Shown one piece after another: positions 10,921 to 21,680 of a stretch of 64,000 bases of DNA (position 1 is its first letter; the number at the start of each line of letters is the position of its first letter). The stretch lies in NCBI GenBank assembly GCA_040218735.1, contig JAVJQW010000050.1, forward strand, positions 192,001-256,000, read 5' to 3'. The DNA comes from Deltaproteobacteria bacterium (lineage in GTDB: Bacteria; Myxococcota; Kuafuiibacteriia; Kuafuiibacteriales; Kuafuiibacteriaceae). The position numbers were made by a program, and so were the translations under genes. Under the pieces are notes generated by a model. The model saw nothing but the letters and a program-made list of their open reading frames with translations. It did not search any database and had not been told where the DNA came from.

Positions 10921-13900
10921 GACTCTGCGCCAACGCCTGGAGCGCGAACCCATGTCGACCGTCGAGGCGGTCGAGACGGCGCGCGCCGTGGCGGTCGAGC
11001 TCGGTGTCATCCATCAATCGGGCCGAATCGCCCGCTGTGTTTCGCCCGACCACGTCAAGCTCGAGAGCGCTGGCGTGATCGGTGGGTTGGATGGTCACGC
11101 GTGGTCCACGGAGTCTCCGGATCCGACCGAGCTCGCCTACATGGCGCCCGAGGACACCGGACGCACCGACCAAGAGCGTGACCACCGCGCCGACCTCTAC
11201 GCGCTGGGCGTCACGCTCTACGAGCTGCTGACGGGACACGTCCCCTTCTCGACTCGAGATCCGCTGGAGCTGATCCACCAGCACCTCGCCGTCGTCCCCG
11301 CGGCGCCGCACGTCGTCGACGCGCGGGTCCCTCGGATCATCTCGAACATCACGATGCGCCTCCTGGAGAAGGCCCCGGAGGACCGATACCAGACCGCCGA
11401 CGGTGTCGCAGCGGACCTCGCCCGCTGCGCCGCGGGTCTGCGCCGCAAAGACACGACGCCGTTCGAGCTCGCGAGCAACGAACGTCCCCCCGTACTCACC
11501 TTCCCCTCGCGGCTCTACGGCCGCGACGACGCCACGGACCAACTCACCGACACCTTCGAGAGAACGGTGCGCCGCGGTGGCGTGACCATCACCCTCGTCG
11601 CCGGAGGTGCGGGCGTCGGTAAGACCTCGTTCGTCGGTCAGCTGCTCCCCAAGACGCTCGAACACGGCGGATATTTCGCAGACGGTAAGTTCGAGCAACT
11701 CGAGAGCACCGCGCCCTATCTCGCGATCACGCGCGCATTCCGTCGACTCGTTCGTAGGTTCCTCACCGAAGACGACGCGAGCGCCGAGCGCTGGCGCCGC
11801 TACATGGAAAGTGAGTTGGGCGCCTCGGCCGACGTACTCACCATGGTGGTCCCGGAGCTCGAGGCGCTCGTCGGGCCACGCCCGCCGCTTCCTCGCGTCG
11901 GTCCTCAGGAGTCTCGCGCACGCTTCCGCTTCGCCTTCCAGCGACTCACGCGCGCGCTCGCGCGTCGGGAGCACCCGCTCGTCCTCTTCCTCGACGACCT
12001 CCAGTGGGCCGACAGCGCGAGCCTCGACGTCCTCAGTCATATCGCCGAGGACGACGAGATCGAGTGCCTCCACCTGGTGCAGGCGTACCGCGACGACGAG
12101 ATCGACGCCGCGCACCCCTTCAGCCAAACGCTGGAGGACCAGCGTCGCTGCGCCGTACCCATCGACCGCATCGTGCTCTCGCCGTTCGAAGTCTCGGCCG
12201 TCCAAGACCTCTTGCGCGACGTCCTGAATCTTCGGCCCTCCGAAGTCAGATCGCTCGCCGAGCAAGTCACCCTCAAGACCGGCGGTAACCCATTCTTCGT
12301 CAGGCAGCTCGTCTCCCGCCTCTACGACGAACGCGTCATCGACCACGCCAATGGTCGGTTCTTCCTCGACGAGGGGCGCGTCACCGACTCCGGCGAGACG
12401 ATCGACGTCCTGGACGTCGTCGCCCAACGCATCGCGCAGCTCCCAGCATCGACCCGCAGGGTCCTCTGCGTCGGCGCCGCGTTGGGGAGCCGATTCCGGA
12501 CGGCACTTGTCGCGCGGATCTGCGACGTCCCGTTCGCCGAGGTCAGCGCGGCCTGCGAGATCGCGCAGCGTGAGGAGCTCGTGAGGCGCGACGACGGCGA
12601 GGACGACGTCTTCGCGTTCGTCCACGACCGCGTCCAGCAGAGCTGCTACGAATCACTACCGCACGACGAACGTGGACCGCTGCACGTCGCGATCGCTCGC
12701 GCGCTGCTGTCGAGGAACGACGACGAGGAGCCGCAACGCATCTTCAAGGTCGCCGACCACGTGCGACGCGGCCGCGAAGCCATCGCCGACGCCGACCGGA
12801 AGGACCTCGTCGAAGTCCTCCTCGAGGCGGCAGCGCTCGCGCGCGCGACGACGGCGCTCGCGGCGACCCGCGAGTACCTGGAGACCGCGCTCGAGTTCAT
12901 GGGCGATGAGACGTGGACGACCCACGCCGCGCTCGCGTGGGAAGCGACGTTCGACCTCGCCGAAGTCATCGCGCTCGCGAACGAGCCCGAGCAGTCGTTT
13001 GCGCTCGTGGCCGGGCTGGAGACGAAGTCGGCGGACCCGATGCAACGCGCGCGACTGCTCGAGCTGAAGACGCGCATCTTCTGTGGCCTCGGTGATCTCC
13101 GCGTGGCGCTCGACTCCGCGCTCGAGGCGGCGAGCATCCTCGGGATGACCATCCCCACCGACGGCGACGCGATCGGCGCGCGGATCGGCTTCTGCGTCGG
13201 CTCCATCATGGAGCGCACCGCCGACGCGGACGACCTCCTCGACCGCCCGTTCAGAGGCGACGACCGCGTGGAGCTGTTGATGCACATTCTGATGGGTGCT
13301 GCACCGGCCGCCTTCCAGGTCGATCCCAAGCTCCTCGCGCTCATCTGCGCGGAGCTGGTGATGCTCACCCTCGAACACGGCAACTGCCCGGTGTCGGCCT
13401 ACGCGTACGGAGCGTTCGGCTGCGCGTTGGCCGCGGGGCCGCGCGACTTCGCGAACGCCTACCGCTTCGGGAAGATCGGCTACGACCTCAACCGAAAGCT
13501 CGGCGACATCCCGCTGAGGCCCGCGAGCCACTTCATCCACGCCGCGTTCTGCTCACCGTGGCAGGACCCGATGGACTTCGGCATCGAGCTGTTCCCGCAG
13601 GTCGTCGCGGTGGGCCTCGAAGCGGGCGACCTGATTCACGCGAGTTACTCGGCCTGCACCACGGTCGAGCGCCAGATCCACATGGGTCGACGCCTGCAGA
13701 CGATCGAGGCGGACGAAGTCCGGTGCGCGACGTTCCTGGAACGCACCGGCGACCTCAACACCATGGAGTTCCTGCGGGCGAACCGACAATTCGCACGTTC
13801 GATGCGCGGCGAGCTCCCCTCCAACGCGACGCTCGACGGACCGGACTTCTCCGAGGACGCGTTCGAGGCGGCCTGCGAGGAGTCGGGGAACTTCACGCAC

Positions 13901-15913
13901 CGGAGCCTCCTCGAGATCGCGCGCATGAAACACCGGTACATCTTTGGCCGGTTCGACGAGGCATTTCGGTTCGCCCAAGCGGCCGATCGCCACCCCTCCG
14001 GCCGCGCCGGGTTCGCGGAGGACTTCGATCGTTTGGTCTTCGGCGCGCTCGCACACGCGCGGTTGTGGGCCGACGCGGACGCCGACGAACGCGCCGCCAT
14101 TCGGCAACGACTCGCGGACGCGCTCCGGGAGGTCAGCGTCGTCGCCGAGCTGAACCCGAACACCTTCGGCTGCTTTCACGAGCTGCTCCTCGGCGAACAG
14201 CAGATCCTCGAAGAGCACCCCTACGAGGCGCAGCGTCACCTCGACCGCGCCGCTCGCCTCGCCGCCGACCACGGCCGCTTGCACCTCGCCGCGATCGCCC
14301 GCGAACGCGCCGCGCGCTGCTGGCAGGACCGCGGTCGCACCGACCTGTTCGAGTCCTATCTACGCGCAGCGCAGCGTTCGTTCGAACGATGGGGCGCCAC
14401 CGCGAAGGTCGACGCGCTCGAAGCGGAGATCCGCGCGGAGTTCGGAACACGCGTCGGCGCGCAGCCGATGGACCTCGCGTCCCTCGACCTCGGCGCCGTC
14501 CTGCAGGGCGCCCAGGCGATCGCGACGGAGCTCGACCCGGACAAGCTCGCGTTGGAGATCCTCACGCTGGTCACGCGCAGCGTCGGGGCGACGACCGGGG
14601 CGCTCCTCTTGCGGGACGACGACGGCGAGCTCGTCGTCTCTTCGCGGGTAGGTTCTCACGACGAAGCGGCGCGCCCCGCCGGGACCGCGGCGACCCGCAT
14701 CCCCGAGCGTATCGTCCGCTACGCCACGCGGATGAAGGAGACCCTGGTGCTCCAGAACCCGGCCGACAGCGATCGTTTCCGGGACGATCCCCACGTCGCC
14801 GCGACGCGCCCCAAGTCGATCCTCTGCGCGCCGTTCTACCTCCACGACCGACTCGAAGGTGTCCTCTACGCGGAGAACGACAAGGTCGGCGCGTCGTTCA
14901 CGCCGGAGCGGCTCGCGGCGTTGGAGATCCTCCTGTCGCAGGCGTCGGTGTCCGTGAACAACGCGCGGCTGTTCGCGACCCAGCGCCGTCAGGCGGAGGA
15001 GCTCGCGCAGTACCAAGACCGGCTCGAGGTCCTCGTCGAAGAACGGACACGACAGCTCCAAGAGGTGCAGCGGCAGCTCGTCGACGCGTCACGCGAGGCG
15101 GGCATGGCGGAGGTCGCGACGAGTGTTCTGCACGACGTCGGCAACGTGCTCAACAGCGTCAACGTCGGGGTCCACACGATCCGTGATCGACTGCAGCAGC
15201 TTCGGGTCGACGGCTTCGAACGGGCGATCGGGATGTTCGAGACCGACGCCGAGCTCGCGGCGGTGATCTCGGGCGCGGCGAAGGGCCCCAAGCTCGTCGA
15301 GTACCTCGGGCGCCTCACGGGCCAACTCGAATCGGACCGCGACGCCCTCGCCCACGAGGCCGAGCAGCTCGTCGGCCGCGTCGACCACATCAAGACCGCG
15401 ATCAACAAACAGCAACACCACGCGCGCACCGTCGGTTTCGCCGAGCCGTGTGACCTGCGGTCGCTGCTGGTGGAGTCGGCGAACCTCTTCGAGTCGAGCT
15501 ATCGCGCCAACGCGATCGAGCTCGAAGTGCAGTGCGAGACGACCCACGTCGAAGTCGACCGCGCGCGGATCCTCCGCATCATCGCCAATCTCCTGAGCAA
15601 CGCGGAGGACGCGCTGCTGACCAAGGAGGACGGCCCGCGACGCGTCGTGCTGCGCGCCTCCGTCGAGGACGGCCGCATCGTGCTCGTCGTCGACGACAAC
15701 GGCCCGGGGATCCAGAGCGGCGCGCTCGAGAAGATCTTCGGCCACGGCTACACCACGCGCGAGCACGGCCACGGTTTCGGGCTGCACGACTCCTGCAACG
15801 CCGCCCGCGCGATGGGCGGCTCACTCGTCGCGGCGAGCGAAGGCCGAGGCCGCGGCGCGAGCTTCACGCTCGAGATCCCCGCCGAGCCTACGGCGAACGC
15901 CGCGCGAGCGTGA
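10901..15913 (+). CDS. STK-like / AAA ATPase / TPR-like / GAF / histidine kinase fusion
   Basis: [20 protein letters not shown]; Walker A GGAGVGKT; Walker [11 protein letters not shown]; GGNPFF; GAF (KSILCAP..GVLYAEN); H-box [11 protein letters not shown]; NLLSNA; DNGPGI; GHGFGL. Confidence 0.92.
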   Translation: MKKSAPETLRQRLEREPMSTVEAVETARAVAVELGVIHQSGRIARCVSPDHVKLESAGVIGGLDGHAWSTESPDPTELAYMAPEDTGRTDQERDHRADLYALGVTLYELLTGHVPFSTRDPLELIHQHLAVVPAAPHVVDARVPRIISNITMRLLEKAPEDRYQTADGVAADLARCAAGLRRKDTTPFELASNERPPVLTFPSRLYGRDDATDQLTDTFERTVRRGGVTITLVAGGAGVGKTSFVGQLLPKTLEHGGYFADGKFEQLESTAPYLAITRAFRRLVRRFLTEDDASAERWRRYMESELGASADVLTMVVPELEALVGPRPPLPRVGPQESRARFRFAFQRLTRALARREHPLVLFLDDLQWADSASLDVLSHIAEDDEIECLHLVQAYRDDEIDAAHPFSQTLEDQRRCAVPIDRIVLSPFEVSAVQDLLRDVLNLRPSEVRSLAEQVTLKTGGNPFFVRQLVSRLYDERVIDHANGRFFLDEGRVTDSGETIDVLDVVAQRIAQLPASTRRVLCVGAALGSRFRTALVARICDVPFAEVSAACEIAQREELVRRDDGEDDVFAFVHDRVQQSCYESLPHDERGPLHVAIARALLSRNDDEEPQRIFKVADHVRRGREAIADADRKDLVEVLLEAAALARATTALAATREYLETALEFMGDETWTTHAALAWEATFDLAEVIALANEPEQSFALVAGLETKSADPMQRARLLELKTRIFCGLGDLRVALDSALEAASILGMTIPTDGDAIGARIGFCVGSIMERTADADDLLDRPFRGDDRVELLMHILMGAAPAAFQVDPKLLALICAELVMLTLEHGNCPVSAYAYGAFGCALAAGPRDFANAYRFGKIGYDLNRKLGDIPLRPASHFIHAAFCSPWQDPMDFGIELFPQVVAVGLEAGDLIHASYSACTTVERQIHMGRRLQTIEADEVRCATFLERTGDLNTMEFLRANRQFARSMRGELPSNATLDGPDFSEDAFEAACEESGNFTHRSLLEIARMKHRYIFGRFDEAFRFAQAADRHPSGRAGFAEDFDRLVFGALAHARLWADADADERAAIRQRLADALREVSVVAELNPNTFGCFHELLLGEQQILEEHPYEAQRHLDRAARLAADHGRLHLAAIARERAARCWQDRGRTDLFESYLRAAQRSFERWGATAKVDALEAEIRAEFGTRVGAQPMDLASLDLGAVLQGAQAIATELDPDKLALEILTLVTRSVGATTGALLLRDDDGELVVSSRVGSHDEAARPAGTAATRIPERIVRYATRMKETLVLQNPADSDRFRDDPHVAATRPKSILCAPFYLHDRLEGVLYAENDKVGASFTPERLAALEILLSQASVSVNNARLFATQRRQAEELAQYQDRLEVLVEERTRQLQEVQRQLVDASREAGMAEVATSVLHDVGNVLNSVNVGVHTIRDRLQQLRVDGFERAIGMFETDAELAAVISGAAKGPKLVEYLGRLTGQLESDRDALAHEAEQLVGRVDHIKTAINKQQHHARTVGFAEPCDLRSLLVESANLFESSYRANAIELEVQCETTHVEVDRARILRIIANLLSNAEDALLTKEDGPRRVVLRASVEDGRIVLVVDDNGPGIQSGALEKIFGHGYTTREHGHGFGLHDSCNAARAMGGSLVAASEGRGRGASFTLEIPAEPTANAARA

Positions 15914-17132
15914 GCACCGTCTCCACGTGGCGCGTGTGCGGGAACAGGTCCACGGGCGTCACGCGCTCGATCGCCCCTGGCCACGCGGCGACGTCGCGCG
16001 CGAGGGTGTCCGGGTTGCAGCTCACGTAGACCAAGCGCTCCCACGACGCGTTCGCGATGGCCTCGCGCACGCGATCGGAGACGCCCTTGCGGGGTGGGTT
16101 CACGACGACGATCGGGGCGCCCAGCACGTCGAGGTGATCCTCGACCGCGCCGCAGCGCGCGTCCAACGAACCCTCGACCGAGGATCGCGCCGCGGTCACC
16201 GCTGCCGTACTCATCTCCACGCTCACGACGCGTGAAGCGCCCGCGGCCAGCAACGCGCCCGACAACCCACCCGAGCCGGCGTACAGCTCCGCGACCGCGC
16301 GCCCCGCGGGCCGCGCGCCGGCCACCGCGACCTCGTACAGACGCGCCGCGCCCAGCGGGTTGATCTGATTGAACGCGCCCGGCTCGATCGCTTGCGACAC
16401 CACGCCGATCTGCTCCACCACCGGCCCCGCGTCGTGCACGATCCGCATCGGGCCCGACCCGAGCAACGCGTTTCCCGGATCGTCATTCACGTGGTGGGCG
16501 ATCCGCGACGCGACCTTCGACAGCTCCGCGACGACGGCGTCGAGCCCCGGGGCGTCGGCCGTGTGGGTCACCAAGGTCACCACCGCCGCGCCCGAATCCA
16601 GCGACGCCCGCACGATCACGTAGCGAAGATCCAAGGACGCGGGCCCGCGGACGATCGTACGGAGCGCCGACACCACGCGCTCCACCTCGGGCGCGTGCAC
16701 GAGGCACCCGTCCATGTCGACGACGTCGTGCGTGCGCGGTCGGTAGGAGCCGAGCACCCGATCCGGGCCGACCACCAACTTCGCCAACGCGCGGTACCCA
16801 TCCGAGCGCGGCGACGGCACGACGGGATCGACCCGAGACAAACCCAACGCGTCCGCGACGCGCTGGCGTTTGAACGTGTGCTGCGCCTCGATCGACACGT
16901 GTAGAAAATCGCACCCGCCGCACACGAGGAACTGCGCGCACCGCGCGTCGACCCGGGACGCGCTCGGCGACACCACGTTCGACACCACACCGAACGAGGT
17001 CCCGTCGCGGCGGGTGTGCTCGACGTCGACGTCGACGACCTCCCCCGCCCAACCGCCGCGCGCGAACACACGTCCGTCGGCGTCGACCGCGGATCCTTTG
17101 GCGTCGACCCGACTCAGGTGCGCGCGGATCAC
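15888..17132 (-). CDS. TrmA/RlmD-family RNA (uracil-5-)-methyltransferase with 4Fe-4S motif
   Basis: CAQFLVCGGC, AFNQIN, ELYAGSG, NPPRKG, catalytic YVSCNP, DLFPHTRHVE; GTG 17132 overlaps the moaE stop (GTGA). Confidence 0.88.
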   Translation of the reverse strand: MIRAHLSRVDAKGSAVDADGRVFARGGWAGEVVDVDVEHTRRDGTSFGVVSNVVSPSASRVDARCAQFLVCGGCDFLHVSIEAQHTFKRQRVADALGLSRVDPVVPSPRSDGYRALAKLVVGPDRVLGSYRPRTHDVVDMDGCLVHAPEVERVVSALRTIVRGPASLDLRYVIVRASLDSGAAVVTLVTHTADAPGLDAVVAELSKVASRIAHHVNDDPGNALLGSGPMRIVHDAGPVVEQIGVVSQAIEPGAFNQINPLGAARLYEVAVAGARPAGRAVAELYAGSGGLSGALLAAGASRVVSVEMSTAAVTAARSSVEGSLDARCGAVEDHLDVLGAPIVVVNPPRKGVSDRVREAIANASWERLVYVSCNPDTLARDVAAWPGAIERVTPVDLFPHTRHVETVLTLARRSP

Positions 17133-17797
17133 GATCCGACGCCGACCCAGATGGAGCCGTCGGTGCGGATCTCCTTCTTCCAGATCGGCACGTCCTGCTT
17201 GAGGCGCTCGATGACGTGGCGGCACCCGTCGAACGCGTCGGCGCGGTGCGGCGTCGCCACCGCGATCACCACCGAGACTTCGCCGACCGCGAGCCGACCG
17301 ATCCGGTGGAGGATCGCGACGCGCGCGCCGTCGTACTTGTCCGCGACCTCGCCGCCGATCTTGCGCAGGTACTTCTCCGCCATCTCGACGTACGCCTCGT
17401 ATTCGAGCGCCGACACCTGGTGCGGCCCGGTGTGATCGCGCACCGCCCCGGCGAACCCGCAGACCGCCCCCGCGCCGCCATGACGCACTGCGCGCTCCAC
17501 CTCGTCGATGGAGATCGGGGTTTCGCGGACTTCGAAGGGCCCCTGACCGGAGCCGCCCGAGACCGGCGGGATGAGCGCGACGTCGCTCCCTTCCACGATC
17601 GACGTGGATGGCGTCGCAAACGCTTCATCGACGGCGACGCGCACGATCTTCAGGTAGGGCGCGAGCGCGGGGTGCTGCGCGGCGATCGCTTCCAACAGCC
17701 CCTCGGTCGAAGCCGCGTCCCCCGAAAGCTCCACCTCGATGCGGTCCGCGCCGGCCTTCTCACGGAGGACGGCAAACAATCGGACCTGCAGGCGCAT
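17129..17797 (-). CDS. moaE: Fused molybdopterin synthase MoaD-MoaE (MoaX-like)
   Basis: N-terminal MoaD (VRLFAVLREKAG...VALIPPVSGG) followed by MoaE (GAVCGFAGAVRDH, LEYEAY, HRIGRL, PIWKKE). Confidence 0.92.
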   Translation of the reverse strand: MRLQVRLFAVLREKAGADRIEVELSGDAASTEGLLEAIAAQHPALAPYLKIVRVAVDEAFATPSTSIVEGSDVALIPPVSGGSGQGPFEVRETPISIDEVERAVRHGGAGAVCGFAGAVRDHTGPHQVSALEYEAYVEMAEKYLRKIGGEVADKYDGARVAILHRIGRLAVGEVSVVIAVATPHRADAFDGCRHVIERLKQDVPIWKKEIRTDGSIWVGVGS

Positions 17798-17802
17798 ACG
17801 GG

Positions 17803-17837
17803 TTGAAACGTTCAATTTGCGGGTTGTAGAGTCAACC
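17803..17837. promoter_or_regulatory. Two short palindromes in an AT-richer divergent promoter region
   Basis: TTGAA-ACG-TTCAA (17803-17815) and GGTTG-N6-CAACC (17822-17837). Confidence 0.3.
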
Positions 17838-17910
17838 GCGCTGAAAAAGTCGGATCGATTTCGACCGGCGCGCCCATTCAACCGGGTAGGAAGGCCTCCA
17901 GTAGATCCCC

Positions 17911-19875
17911 ATGCGACGACGACTCATTACACCCGCGCTCCTCTGTCTCCCGCTCGCGCTCACCGTCAGCTGCACCGGTAACGGTGACGACGACACCGGC
18001 GACGACACCCCGACCCCCCGCGACGGCGGCATCGTGGAACGCGACGCCGGCCCGCCGCGCGACGCCGGCCCGCGCGACGGCGGCCTCCTCCCCTGCATCT
18101 TCGACCAGGGCGGCTACGACAACCGCGGCTGCCCCTCCGGCATGGTCTGCAACCTCGAGATGGATCCGCCAGCCTGTGTCGCGGGCAAGGCTTGCTCGAC
18201 GGACAGCGACTGCGACACGTGCTCCGACCTGAACCCCGCGAACCGCGAAGAGTGCGGGCACGGCTTCTCGCTCACCGCGTGGTGCGACCCGAGCCACGGC
18301 AACGTGTGTACGCGCTCGCGCGCACCGTGTGAGCCGTGTGAGACGGACGCCGAGTGCGGCCGCCGCCACCCCGTCCTCGCGAACGGCGCGCCGAACGTCT
18401 GCGTCGAGTTCGTGCCGGGCGGTGACAAGTTCTGCACGCGCAGCGCGCCGAACTGCCCCGACGGCTTCACCGTCGACACCGAGACCAACCTCTGCACCCG
18501 CGTCGCGGGCTGCGCCCCGCTGCCCACCGTCTGCCCGGCGAACCCGGTGATGCAGTCGTGCGGCAACGGTCAGATCTGTGAGGGCGAGACCTGCCCCGAC
18601 ACCGGCGGCGCGCGCTGCTCGACCAACAACGAGCCGGGCGTGCTCGGCACGTGCATCGGCTTCTGCACGCAGGACTCCGACTGCCCCGAGGCCACGCCGA
18701 TCTGCAACAAGGGCAACGGCATCTGCATCAGCGGCTGCACCCCGGGCAGCTGCCCGGACACGCAGGTCTGCCACCTCGACGGCTTCTGCGCCCCGCGCTG
18801 CGAAGCGGACACCGACTGCACGGGCAACCCGGACTACGGCGAGCAGACCTACTGCAACCTGCCGGGCCGCCCGCAGCCGACGCTGTTCAAGACGTACCGC
18901 GACCCGAACTCGTGCGCGCCGCTCGGCTGCGAGCGCTCGCAGGAAGATTGCTGGGGCGGCACCAAGGAGCGCGTGTGTGACCCGACGCAGGCGCCCCCGC
19001 GCTGCGTCGACGGCTGCTACCGCGACGAAGACGACGAGAACCCCGAGCTGTCCGACTGCCGCTCCGGCCGCATCTGCCGCTCGGGTCCGCAGGGCTCGTA
19101 CACCCGCGAGCAGTGCCGCGCGCTGCCCGACAAGACGAACGAGGCCGAGATCGGCGTCTGCTGTGACCCGGGCTGCCGCGACCGCAACCTGCAGTGCGTC
19201 GGCTTCGGCAAGTTCTGTTGCGCCGAGCCGGACTCGCCGTACGAGGACGACTCGACGTGCCTCACGCTGACGTCGACGGACTCCGTCGTCGCGCAGCCGG
19301 GCGAATGCTTCGAGCACCCCGCGCCCGCGCCGTTCTGCACGCAGTGCAACGTGCCGGAGTTCCCGGGGTGTGACTCGCAGTGGACGGCCGGCTTCAACAC
19401 CGACCCGAACTTCAACGGCGGCATGCCGTTCCAGGAGCAGGAGTTCTGCACGACGATCGCGACGAACATGGGGATGCCCCCGTCGATCGCCATCTGCACC
19501 GTGACCTGCGATCCGAAGAAGGAAGACACCGGCTGCCCGAGCCGCTGGTCCTGCACGGCGCTGCGCCCCGGCTGCCTCTCGAACGCGGACTGCAACGAGG
19601 GCAACGACATGGGTGGCCTCGAGTGCATCGGTGAGGACACCTCGACGAACCCGCCGACGGAGGGGGTCTGCAAGTGCGGTGAGGACCTCGTCCAGACCGT
19701 CGCGTGCCCGAACACCTATCCGCGCGTCGGCATGGGCATGGTCGAGATCGAACGGCCGCGCTGCGAGCCGTTCTCGGACGACATGGTCTGCGTCGGCACG
19801 TACACCTGTCAGCCTCCGGGCACGGACCTCGACGGCACGGGCTATCCCGCCGCGTGTAACTTCATGCCGCAGTAG
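17911..19875 (+). CDS. Cysteine-rich surface lipoprotein
   Basis: Lipobox LTVSC, RDAG/RDGG linker, 72 Cys by hand count with recurring CxxDxDC units. Confidence 0.88.
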   Translation: MRRRLITPALLCLPLALTVSCTGNGDDDTGDDTPTPRDGGIVERDAGPPRDAGPRDGGLLPCIFDQGGYDNRGCPSGMVCNLEMDPPACVAGKACSTDSDCDTCSDLNPANREECGHGFSLTAWCDPSHGNVCTRSRAPCEPCETDAECGRRHPVLANGAPNVCVEFVPGGDKFCTRSAPNCPDGFTVDTETNLCTRVAGCAPLPTVCPANPVMQSCGNGQICEGETCPDTGGARCSTNNEPGVLGTCIGFCTQDSDCPEATPICNKGNGICISGCTPGSCPDTQVCHLDGFCAPRCEADTDCTGNPDYGEQTYCNLPGRPQPTLFKTYRDPNSCAPLGCERSQEDCWGGTKERVCDPTQAPPRCVDGCYRDEDDENPELSDCRSGRICRSGPQGSYTREQCRALPDKTNEAEIGVCCDPGCRDRNLQCVGFGKFCCAEPDSPYEDDSTCLTLTSTDSVVAQPGECFEHPAPAPFCTQCNVPEFPGCDSQWTAGFNTDPNFNGGMPFQEQEFCTTIATNMGMPPSIAICTVTCDPKKEDTGCPSRWSCTALRPGCLSNADCNEGNDMGGLECIGEDTSTNPPTEGVCKCGEDLVQTVACPNTYPRVGMGMVEIERPRCEPFSDDMVCVGTYTCQPPGTDLDGTGYPAACNFMPQ

Positions 19876-19904
19876 TCCGACTCGGATAGTAGACTCGGGC
19901 CGCC

Positions 19905-21680
19905 TTGCCTGCGCCCGCTCCCTCCACAGCCGGCCCTCGCCGCATCCGCGATTACTTCAAGCGGTATGCGGTGGGGTTCGCGCTCGGGCTCATCGCCCTC
20001 ATCGCCACGCAAGGCTTCGCGCTCGCCGCGCCGCAGTTGCTCCGCATCGCGACCGACGCGCTGATCGCCTCCGACTCCGATCGGGTGATCGAGGCGGCGT
20101 TCATGTTGATGGGCGTCGCCGTGCTCGGCGGCGCCGCGCGCGTCGTGTCGCGGATCCAGATCTTCAACAACGGTCGGCGCGTCGAGTACGACCTGCGAAA
20201 CGACATCTTCGCGCACCTGCTCCGTCTGCCGCCGGCGTTCTACGACAAGATGCCCGTCGGCCAGGTCATGAGCCGGATGGTCAACGACCTGACGCAAGTT
20301 CGCTTGCTCCTGGGTCCGGGCATCCTGAACCTGACGAACACCACGCTGGTGTACATCGTCGTGATCCCGCTGCTGTTCATCACGGACTTCTGGCTGACGG
20401 TGTACGCCCTGCTGCCGCTGCCGGTGCTGCTGATGCTCGGGCGCATCTTCGCGAAGTTCATCTACCGGTGGTCGCGCGAGTCGCAGGACAAACTCGCTAT
20501 CCTGTCGTCCAAGGTGCAAGAGAACTTGTCGGGCGTCATGACGGTGCGCGCGTACCGGCAGGAGGGCAACGAAGCGTCGACCTTCCTGAAGATGTCCGAG
20601 GACTACCTCGACACCAACATCAAGCTCGCGCGGCTGCGCGGGACGATGTTCCCGATGATGGGCGTCGCGGGGGCGATCGGATCGTTGGTCGTGTTGTGGG
20701 TCGGCGGGCACCGCATCATGGACGGGCAGATGACCGTCGGTGAGTTCGTCGGTTACAACGCCTACCTCGCCGCGTTGACGTGGCCGACGATCGCGCTGGG
20801 TTGGATGATCTCGCTCATCCAGCGCGGGCTCGCCGCGATGGAGCGCGTCAACGAGATCTTCTCGGCCGAGCCTGCGCTCGTCGACGGTGACGCGACGCCC
20901 GCGGCGCTCGCCGGTCGCATCGAGCTCGACGACCTCACCTTCGCCTACGCAGAAGGCGACGCCCCCGCGCTCCAGAACCTCACCACCACCATCGAACCCG
21001 GCGAGATGGTCGTGGTGGTCGGACGCACCGGGTGCGGCAAGTCCACGCTGCTGGAGGTCCTCGCGCGCCTCCTCGAGGTCGAGCGCGGACAGGTGCGCTT
21101 CGACGGCGTGGACGTGAACGACCTGCCCCTCGCGCACGTGCGAGATCAGATCGGGTACGCGCCGCAGGACGCGTTCCTGTTCTCGCGGACGCTCTTCGAG
21201 AATGTCGCGTTCGGCGCGCCCGACGCGAGCGACGACGACGTCGAGGAGGCGGTGCGGCTCGCGTCGTTCGACGGTGACGTCGCCGGGTTCTCCAACGGGC
21301 TCGAGACGATCGTCGGCGAACGCGGCGTCACCCTCTCCGGCGGTCAACGCCAACGCACGACGCTCGCACGCGCGCTGCTCGTCGACCCGCCGATCCTGAT
21401 CCTCGACGACACCCTCTCCGCTGTCGACACCGAGACGGAGACCGCGATCCTCGACGCGCTCGTGCAGGAGAAGTCGAAGCGCACGTTGGTCGTCGCGACG
21501 CACCGGCTCGCCGCCGCCGCGCGCGCCGATCGGATCCTCGTGCTCGAGCACGGCAAACTCGTCGAGCAAGGCACCGAGGCCGAGCTCCTCGCGCTCGACG
21601 GCGTCTACGCCGCGATGCACCGACGGCAGCGGTTGGAGAACGCGCTCACCGCGTCCAGCCCGGAGAAACCGGCGGCATGA
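19905..21680 (+). CDS. Heterodimeric ABC exporter subunit A (MdlA/TmrAB-like, degenerate Walker B)
   Basis: TM domain plus GRTGCGKST, LSGGQRQR, ILDDTLSAVD, THRL. Confidence 0.92.
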   Translation: MPAPAPSTAGPRRIRDYFKRYAVGFALGLIALIATQGFALAAPQLLRIATDALIASDSDRVIEAAFMLMGVAVLGGAARVVSRIQIFNNGRRVEYDLRNDIFAHLLRLPPAFYDKMPVGQVMSRMVNDLTQVRLLLGPGILNLTNTTLVYIVVIPLLFITDFWLTVYALLPLPVLLMLGRIFAKFIYRWSRESQDKLAILSSKVQENLSGVMTVRAYRQEGNEASTFLKMSEDYLDTNIKLARLRGTMFPMMGVAGAIGSLVVLWVGGHRIMDGQMTVGEFVGYNAYLAALTWPTIALGWMISLIQRGLAAMERVNEIFSAEPALVDGDATPAALAGRIELDDLTFAYAEGDAPALQNLTTTIEPGEMVVVVGRTGCGKSTLLEVLARLLEVERGQVRFDGVDVNDLPLAHVRDQIGYAPQDAFLFSRTLFENVAFGAPDASDDDVEEAVRLASFDGDVAGFSNGLETIVGERGVTLSGGQRQRTTLARALLVDPPILILDDTLSAVDTETETAILDALVQEKSKRTLVVATHRLAAAARADRILVLEHGKLVEQGTEAELLALDGVYAAMHRRQRLENALTASSPEKPAA

